A program made the position numbers and the translations under genes. Positions 58,605-64,000 of a DNA stretch of 64,000 bases are shown piece by piece; within the stretch, counting starts at the first letter, position 1, and each line of letters starts with the position of its first letter. The DNA lies in assembly GCA_963675665.1 (NCBI GenBank), contig OY776510.1, positions 1,760,001-1,824,000 on the forward strand, read 5' to 3'. The notes beneath the pieces were generated by a model that was given only the letters and a program-made list of their open reading frames with translations, was not told the DNA's origin and did not search any database. The DNA is from Spirochaetia bacterium. GTDB lineage: Bacteria; Spirochaetota; Spirochaetia; UBA9216.

Positions 58605-60830
58605 ATGAGTACTATCAAAGATGTAGCAAAACTTGCCGGAGTTTCTTTGGGAACAGTCTCTAATGTTCTCAACGGAAAGAAAGCTGTTAATCCTGATAAA
58701 GCAAGACGGGTACAGCAGGCGATTGAAGAACTGAACTATAAACCGCATCAAACCGCCCGCAGTCTTAAAACCAGCCGAAGCATGAATGTGGCTGTGGTAT
58801 TACCCGATATTCTTGATCCGATGAGGGCAAGTCTTTTTACCGGAATCGAAAGAGTGCTGTCTCAGCAAGGTTATGCTGTAAGCCTTTATACAACTTCTGA
58901 AGTCCCTGCAAAGGAAACATCAATTATTCAACGGGTTCTTGAACAGCGTGCTGACGGTCTTATTATTTCAACCTGTCAACCTCAGAACGAGAGGCTGTTC
59001 AGCATGCTTCAGGAAAACGACACATCGGTTGTGCTTGTCGAAAGAGCAGTGGCTGCAGTAGACTTTCATCTTGTTGAATTTGATAATTACTCTTCAATAT
59101 TCAGTCTTGTTACCGGGTTTCTGTCGGAAGAAAAGAACGACAATATTTTGATTGCGGGGCAGACAGGTTTTTCAAGTGAGGACAGGTGCGTCGATGCTTT
59201 TCAGAATGCATACAAGGGCAAAGGGGAAAATGCAGACGGAAAGTTCATAAGATCCGGTTTCAATAAAGAGAATGCATTCAGGGAGTTTACGCGTTATCTG
59301 CAGAAAAACAAAATGCCTGATAATGTGATAACTACAGGAACTCCCTTAATGAACGGAGTTATGAAAGCCATTGAAATGCAGTCAATTGAAACCGACAAGC
59401 GGCCTGGACTGTACGCTCTTTCTGAAGAGAATTGGGCCGGAACGGCATCTTACGATTTCACTGCAATTCCGCGAAGGCCTATAGCGCTTGGAGAAGCAGC
59501 GGCAGAACTGCTGCTTTCCGAAATAAAATCGGCACGCCCGGCTGATATAAGCAGCACAAAAATATCGAATATAGATTACAGAACCAAAAGCTACTCCGCT
59601 TTCATCGGGAATGATCGGGAAAAAACCATTAAAATATTAATGCTTGACAGCCCGGCTTACAAAGCGGTTAAGAGTCTGTCATTCGATTTTGAGAAAAAAT
59701 ACGGAATTAAGATCGAATATACTGCGCTGAATTATGAAGAAATTGCCGAGACAATCGGAGATGAATCCAGAAGGGCGGAATATGATGTTCTACAGCTGGA
59801 TATACCATGGTTGCCTGATCTTGTTCAGAGCAGGGCTCTTCTCGAATTGAGCGATTACAATAAGGAAATTGAAACAATTGCCCGGGAATTTATTCCAGGT
59901 GTTCTTTCAGCGTATTCACGGTTTGACGACGGAATCTATGCCATGCCCTTTATGTTTGGGACTCAGCTTTTGTATTACAGAAAAGATCTGTTCGAGGATC
60001 AGGCTTCACAGATTGAGTTCAGGGAAAAATACGGGTTTGAACTCAAAGTTCCGAAAACCTGGACGGAATTCAATCTTATTGCAGAGTTTTTCACAAGGAC
60101 ATGCAACCCCGAATCTCCTGTTGAATACGGGACGACTCTCGGCGGCAAGATGTACAGCGGTGCAGTCTGCGAATTTCTTCCGAGGCTTTGGGCTTACGGA
60201 GGGGCAATAATCGATGATAACGGCCGAATAAATCCTGATACTACTGCATTTAAAAAATCGCTCAATGTTTATAAGCAGAGTTTCAGATATGCTCATCCGG
60301 ACTCGACGGAGTACTGGTGGGATGAACAATTGAGAGATTTTAAAGCCGGAAAAGCTGCCATGATGATAATGTTTATTGCTCATGCGGTTGACCTGGCTGA
60401 TTCCGCCGGGTCCGAGATAAACGGGAAAATAGGGTATGACGTTATTCCGGGAAGCACACCGCTTCTGGGAGGATGGTCCATCGGTATAAATGCTGCGAGT
60501 TCAAAGGCCGCTGAAGCATTCACTTTTATCAAGTGGGCGGCATCCAAGGAACTTGCAATACCTCAAACAATACTCGGCGGTTCAACTGCTTCCATCTCTC
60601 TTTATAAAAGCTCGGAACTGCTTACAATTTATCCGTGGCTGCCGAAAGCTGTTGAAAGTTTCAAGTTGAGCAGAAAGCGTGATGTTTCACGAAAAAGTAC
60701 AGCAGGAAAACTTTCAGAAAAAGATTTTGAATTGATTCTGGGCCGGGCAGTTAACGAGGCTGTATCGGGGAAGAAATCAATTGATGATGCAGTTCAGGAA
60801 ACCCTCAACCACATTCAGGAACTGCTGTAG
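58605..60830 (+). CDS. LacI regulator fused to a sugar solute-binding domain
   Basis: TIKDVAKLAGVSLGTVS; C-terminal YDV...D.PW, LYYRKDLF, PKTWTEF, LGGWSIGI. Confidence 0.88.
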   Translation: MSTIKDVAKLAGVSLGTVSNVLNGKKAVNPDKARRVQQAIEELNYKPHQTARSLKTSRSMNVAVVLPDILDPMRASLFTGIERVLSQQGYAVSLYTTSEVPAKETSIIQRVLEQRADGLIISTCQPQNERLFSMLQENDTSVVLVERAVAAVDFHLVEFDNYSSIFSLVTGFLSEEKNDNILIAGQTGFSSEDRCVDAFQNAYKGKGENADGKFIRSGFNKENAFREFTRYLQKNKMPDNVITTGTPLMNGVMKAIEMQSIETDKRPGLYALSEENWAGTASYDFTAIPRRPIALGEAAAELLLSEIKSARPADISSTKISNIDYRTKSYSAFIGNDREKTIKILMLDSPAYKAVKSLSFDFEKKYGIKIEYTALNYEEIAETIGDESRRAEYDVLQLDIPWLPDLVQSRALLELSDYNKEIETIAREFIPGVLSAYSRFDDGIYAMPFMFGTQLLYYRKDLFEDQASQIEFREKYGFELKVPKTWTEFNLIAEFFTRTCNPESPVEYGTTLGGKMYSGAVCEFLPRLWAYGGAIIDDNGRINPDTTAFKKSLNVYKQSFRYAHPDSTEYWWDEQLRDFKAGKAAMMIMFIAHAVDLADSAGSEINGKIGYDVIPGSTPLLGGWSIGINAASSKAAEAFTFIKWAASKELAIPQTILGGSTASISLYKSSELLTIYPWLPKAVESFKLSRKRDVSRKSTAGKLSEKDFELILGRAVNEAVSGKKSIDDAVQETLNHIQELL

Positions 60831-60903
60831 ACAGACGATTCCTATTATCCTGCAGTTCCCTGTGCGGGGAGCTGAAAGGAAAAAATATTTTACAGGAGGA
60901 TAT

Positions 60904-62019
60904 ATGGCAAAAATCGACTATGACCTTGATCTTCAGATAGAACCCGAAATGCCTGAAAAGAAAGATTTCAGGATAGGCTGTATTGGCGCAGGTTTTATTA
61001 TGAAAGATTGTCATTTGGTTGCTTACAGAGACGCTGGATTCAATCCTTATGCGATTACTTCACTTAGCAGAGAAGAATCGGAAGCTGTTGCCGCGGAGCA
61101 CAATATACCCAGGGTTTACGACAGCTGGAAGGATCTGATAAAAGATCCGGAGATCGAAATTCTTGATATTGCGATTCCGCCGGATAAACAGCTTGAAGTT
61201 GTAGAAGCTGCAGCGAAAGAAAGCAGTCATATCAGGGGGATTCAGGCACAAAAACCGCTGGCGATGAACCTGAAAGAAGCTGTAAAGATTGTCAAGGTCT
61301 GCAAGGACGCAGGAATTACTCTCGGGGTGAATTCTAATATGCGTTATGATCAGTCAATCCGTGCGCTTAAGGCTGTTCTTGATCGGGGGTATCTTGGTGA
61401 GCCCGTTCTTGCAACTATCGACATGAGGGCGATTCCCCACTGGCAGGATTTTCTGAAGAAATACGATCGTATCGAGATTCTTAACATGGGAATCCATCAC
61501 CTGGACGTTTTCAGGTATCTGTTTGGTGATCCGGAAAAGATTACAGCTGTCACCAGAAAAGACCCGAGGACCGCTTTTGAGCATATCGACGGGATATCAC
61601 AGGTTACCTATAAATACGCCAACGATTTTATGGCTACTACGCTGGATGACGTTTGGGCGGGACCTGCGGAGGGTGCCGAGAAGGATTATTACATTAGATG
61701 GCGGGTCGAAGGTACGGACGGAATAGCACAGGGAACTATAAGCTGGTTTAATTATCCGGTTCCGACGCCCAGTACCATGGATTTCACGACAAAACAGTTT
61801 CCAGGTTATTGGTTTAAACCGCGCTGGAATAAAGTATGGTTTCCGGATGCATTTCAGGGAACAATGGCGCAGCTTCTGAGGGCGGTTGAGAGCGGAACCG
61901 AACCGGAAATAAGCGGAAGGGATAATCTGAAAACTCTCGCAGCTGTAGATGCAAGCTACAGATCCATCGCTGAAGAGAGAACTGTAGCTCTTGCAGAAGT
62001 ATTGAGAGAAATTCAGTAA
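60904..62019 (+). CDS. Gfo/Idh/MocA family oxidoreductase
   Basis: IGAGFI, DIAIPP, QKPLA, N.RY, HHLD; CAGGAGG RBS. Confidence 0.92.
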   Translation: MAKIDYDLDLQIEPEMPEKKDFRIGCIGAGFIMKDCHLVAYRDAGFNPYAITSLSREESEAVAAEHNIPRVYDSWKDLIKDPEIEILDIAIPPDKQLEVVEAAAKESSHIRGIQAQKPLAMNLKEAVKIVKVCKDAGITLGVNSNMRYDQSIRALKAVLDRGYLGEPVLATIDMRAIPHWQDFLKKYDRIEILNMGIHHLDVFRYLFGDPEKITAVTRKDPRTAFEHIDGISQVTYKYANDFMATTLDDVWAGPAEGAEKDYYIRWRVEGTDGIAQGTISWFNYPVPTPSTMDFTTKQFPGYWFKPRWNKVWFPDAFQGTMAQLLRAVESGTEPEISGRDNLKTLAAVDASYRSIAEERTVALAEVLREIQ

Positions 62020-62064
62020 GAAATATTTTTTTATAGGAGGAATGATAAAAAGTCTTCATGAGCT

Positions 62065-62217
62065 GGTGAATTGATATACTGCCTTAACTTTAATTGAGGC
62101 AGTAAGGTTACTGTTCGACATTTTTACTGGTCCGCGAGACCGTTTAGGAGATTGAAGAGCCGTAACCGAAACATTCAATGGTCTGCGAGACCGGATAGGA
62201 GAATGGAACAATTCACC
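62065..62217 (+). ncRNA. Predicted IS110 bridge RNA
   Basis: Closing stem GGTGAATTG/CAATTCACC, a 5' hairpin, and two TGGTC-YGCGA-GACCG modules each flanked by junction-matching sequence. Confidence 0.75.
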
Positions 62218-62252
62218 GTATAGGCACTGCTTCAAACTATTGGAGATAGAAC

Positions 62253-63365
62253 ATGAAGATGAGTATTGGCGTGGATCTTCACAAAACGCAGTTTACAGTA
62301 TGCCTTTTAAGTGAAGACCGAAAAATTGATCAATTGGGAATGTATCCGACCAGCGGAAATGGTTATGGAGCATTTCTGAAAATGCTGGATGAATATTGTG
62401 AAGAGGAATATGAGTTGAGAGCAGCGGTGGAAACAACCGGGAATGCCCGTTATTTCCGCAATAAACTGTTAAAGGCTGGAGTCGAAGTGGTTGTAGTGAA
62501 TACTTTGAAATTCAAGGTAGTGAATGAATCTGTAAAAAAGACAGACAAACATGATGCACGCACCCTGGCGGAGTTTCTTGAGAAAGACATGCTGCCTGAA
62601 TCGATATTATGTTCCCAAGAGAGTGAGGATATTCGAAGGGTGCTGAAATCCAGGTCGATACTGGTAAAATCTGTTGTGTCGTTAAAGAACCAGGTGCATG
62701 GCTTATTACTTGGTTATGGAATAGAGACCAAACGCGGACAGCTGCAGAGTAAAAAAGAAAGGCAGCGAATCCTGAACGGTCTCGAGGACCACGACTTTTA
62801 CGGAAGCGCTGCCAAAACGGTAATACCGTTACTGGATATGATAGATAATCAGGCATCGCAAGTCAAGCAGCTTGAAAAGGTTTTGGCTGAGCTTGTGGAG
62901 GACGATGAAGATGTTGAGCTTCTGCAGACAATACCAGGCGTGGGTCTAATAACAGCAGCAACAGTAAGAGCCTATACAGACGATATCGGCAGATATGATA
63001 GTGCGAAGAAATATGCAGCAAACGCCGGGCTTGTGCCATGGGTGCAGAACTCAAATATGACAATACATCATGGACATATAACAAAGCGTGGGCCTGTAGA
63101 ACTGAGGACAGCCTTCGTACAGATGGTGATGGGAATGGTTCGTATGCAAAAGAAGACCGGGACGTACCGAATAATGACGAAGTATGCAGCGATGAAGAAG
63201 CAGAAAGGCTCGGGTAAGAGTGTAATAGCTGCCGCCCGCAAGATGAGCACTTTGGTATATACAATTTTAAAAACCAGAGAGCCGTTTGATCCGATGAAAA
63301 TGGCTTTTAGAAAAGAATACAGGGAAATGCAGGCAGCAGCATGGGAAGCTGTAATGGTCGGTTGA
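62253..63365 (+). CDS. IS110 family DEDD transposase/recombinase
   Basis: GVDLHK, VETTG, KTDKHDA (DEDD); TIPGVG, AGLVP...S, ITKRG...LR, AARK. Confidence 0.96.
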   Translation: MKMSIGVDLHKTQFTVCLLSEDRKIDQLGMYPTSGNGYGAFLKMLDEYCEEEYELRAAVETTGNARYFRNKLLKAGVEVVVVNTLKFKVVNESVKKTDKHDARTLAEFLEKDMLPESILCSQESEDIRRVLKSRSILVKSVVSLKNQVHGLLLGYGIETKRGQLQSKKERQRILNGLEDHDFYGSAAKTVIPLLDMIDNQASQVKQLEKVLAELVEDDEDVELLQTIPGVGLITAATVRAYTDDIGRYDSAKKYAANAGLVPWVQNSNMTIHHGHITKRGPVELRTAFVQMVMGMVRMQKKTGTYRIMTKYAAMKKQKGSGKSVIAAARKMSTLVYTILKTREPFDPMKMAFRKEYREMQAAAWEAVMVG

Positions 63366-63427
63366 TATCCGACCAGATCATAAGCTTATATTTTTAGCTT
63401 GTGGTTGACTTTTTATAGGAGGAATTA

Positions 63428-64000
63428 ATGTTACAGGTAGGAATTTTCAACGGATACTTTCCGTATACCCTTGAAAAACAGATAAGCTGTCTGAAGGAAA
63501 ACGGTTTTCAGACTGTACAATTAGATCTTGCGTTCAAGGACATGGACTTTTCGGCGGGAACAATAACCAAAGAAAAATGCCACAAGGTGAGAGATGCATT
63601 CAGAGATGCCAATCTGCCGATTTGCGCCATATCCGGATACACAAATATCATTCATCCCGATCTTGACGAGAGAAAGAAAAGAGTCGGTTACCTTAAAGAA
63701 ATTATCAGGCATGCACGGGACCTTGGAACTCCGTATGTAATTTCCGAGACGGGAACGTACAACACCGAAAGCGATTGGGTTCATCATCCCAAAAACAAGA
63801 CTGAAGAAGGTTATGAAGAATGCGTTAAGGTCCTCGGAGAGCTTGTCCAGGAAGCCTATGATCACGGCGCAGTATTCCTGGTTGAAAACTATGTCAACAA
63901 CGTTATCGGTTCGATAGACGAAGTAAACAGACTGTTTACCGATATCAATCACACAGCCATGGGCCTTCTTATGGATCCGACGAATTACTTCGACGATTCA
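63428..64000 (+). CDS. Sugar phosphate isomerase/epimerase (xylose isomerase-like TIM barrel), 3' end outside window
   Basis: Missing from the ORF track because it has no stop in the window; MLQVGIFNGYF...ISETG...VENY...MDPTN; AGGAGG RBS. Confidence 0.88.
   Translation, partial: MLQVGIFNGYFPYTLEKQISCLKENGFQTVQLDLAFKDMDFSAGTITKEKCHKVRDAFRDANLPICAISGYTNIIHPDLDERKKRVGYLKEIIRHARDLGTPYVISETGTYNTESDWVHHPKNKTEEGYEECVKVLGELVQEAYDHGAVFLVENYVNNVIGSIDEVNRLFTDINHTAMGLLMDPTNYFDDS

Larger units (their letters stand above)
62028..63425 (+). mobile_element. IS110 family insertion sequence inserted at an RBS
   Basis: TTTTTATAGGAGGAAT at both junctions (62028-62043, 63410-63425); subterminal IR ATAAAAAGTC/GACTTTTTAT; transposase inside; exact crossover within the repeat cannot be resolved. 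Confidence 0.92.

Noticed and set aside
62028-62043. 16-bp target-site duplication
   Set aside because: IS110 elements recombine conservatively; the repeat is better explained by donor and target sharing an SD-like sequence
62042-62074. Mini-ORF MIKSLHELVN capturing the host RBS (IS900 hed-like)
   Set aside because: The ATG is only 1 nt from AGGAGG, too close for efficient initiation
63521-63952. 143-aa minus-strand ORF
   Set aside because: Antisense shadow of the plus-strand epimerase gene starting at 63428

Overview
Chromosomal accessory and housekeeping region of a bacterium, very likely an anaerobic Spirochaetia member (inferred from the 'AGG-x-Q/E' N-termini of the solute-binding proteins, a spirochaete-type lipobox and stand-alone PilZ and FecR genes). 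It holds about 55 CDS: a TRAP/aldolase/kinase operon, msrBA, fucU, manC, a TetR-controlled ABC exporter, a MalT/BTAD-regulated aminotransferase-symporter-dehydrogenase cluster, an aldehyde:ferredoxin oxidoreductase under a Moco/Tuco riboswitch, a LacI-controlled operon joining two ADP-ribosylglycohydrolases and a sugar ABC transporter to citDEF-like genes, proCAB, creD with a ChvIG-like two-component system, and a LacI-SBP fusion operon interrupted by an IS110 element. No rRNA, tRNA or CRISPR array was seen. The best leads are: (1) the IS110 sits in a ribosome-binding site, and its upstream non-coding region folds like a bridge RNA whose loops spell Shine-Dalgarno plus start codon; (2) a 3.25-copy tandem array of ~204-bp units with a strand-specific, covarying hairpin; (3) a leader-peptide/double-terminator/small-protein locus; (4) a dispersed three-hairpin element placed just before RBSs; (5) a CitD lacking its prosthetic-group serine. 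All calls come from motif recognition by eye; no searches or folding programs were run.
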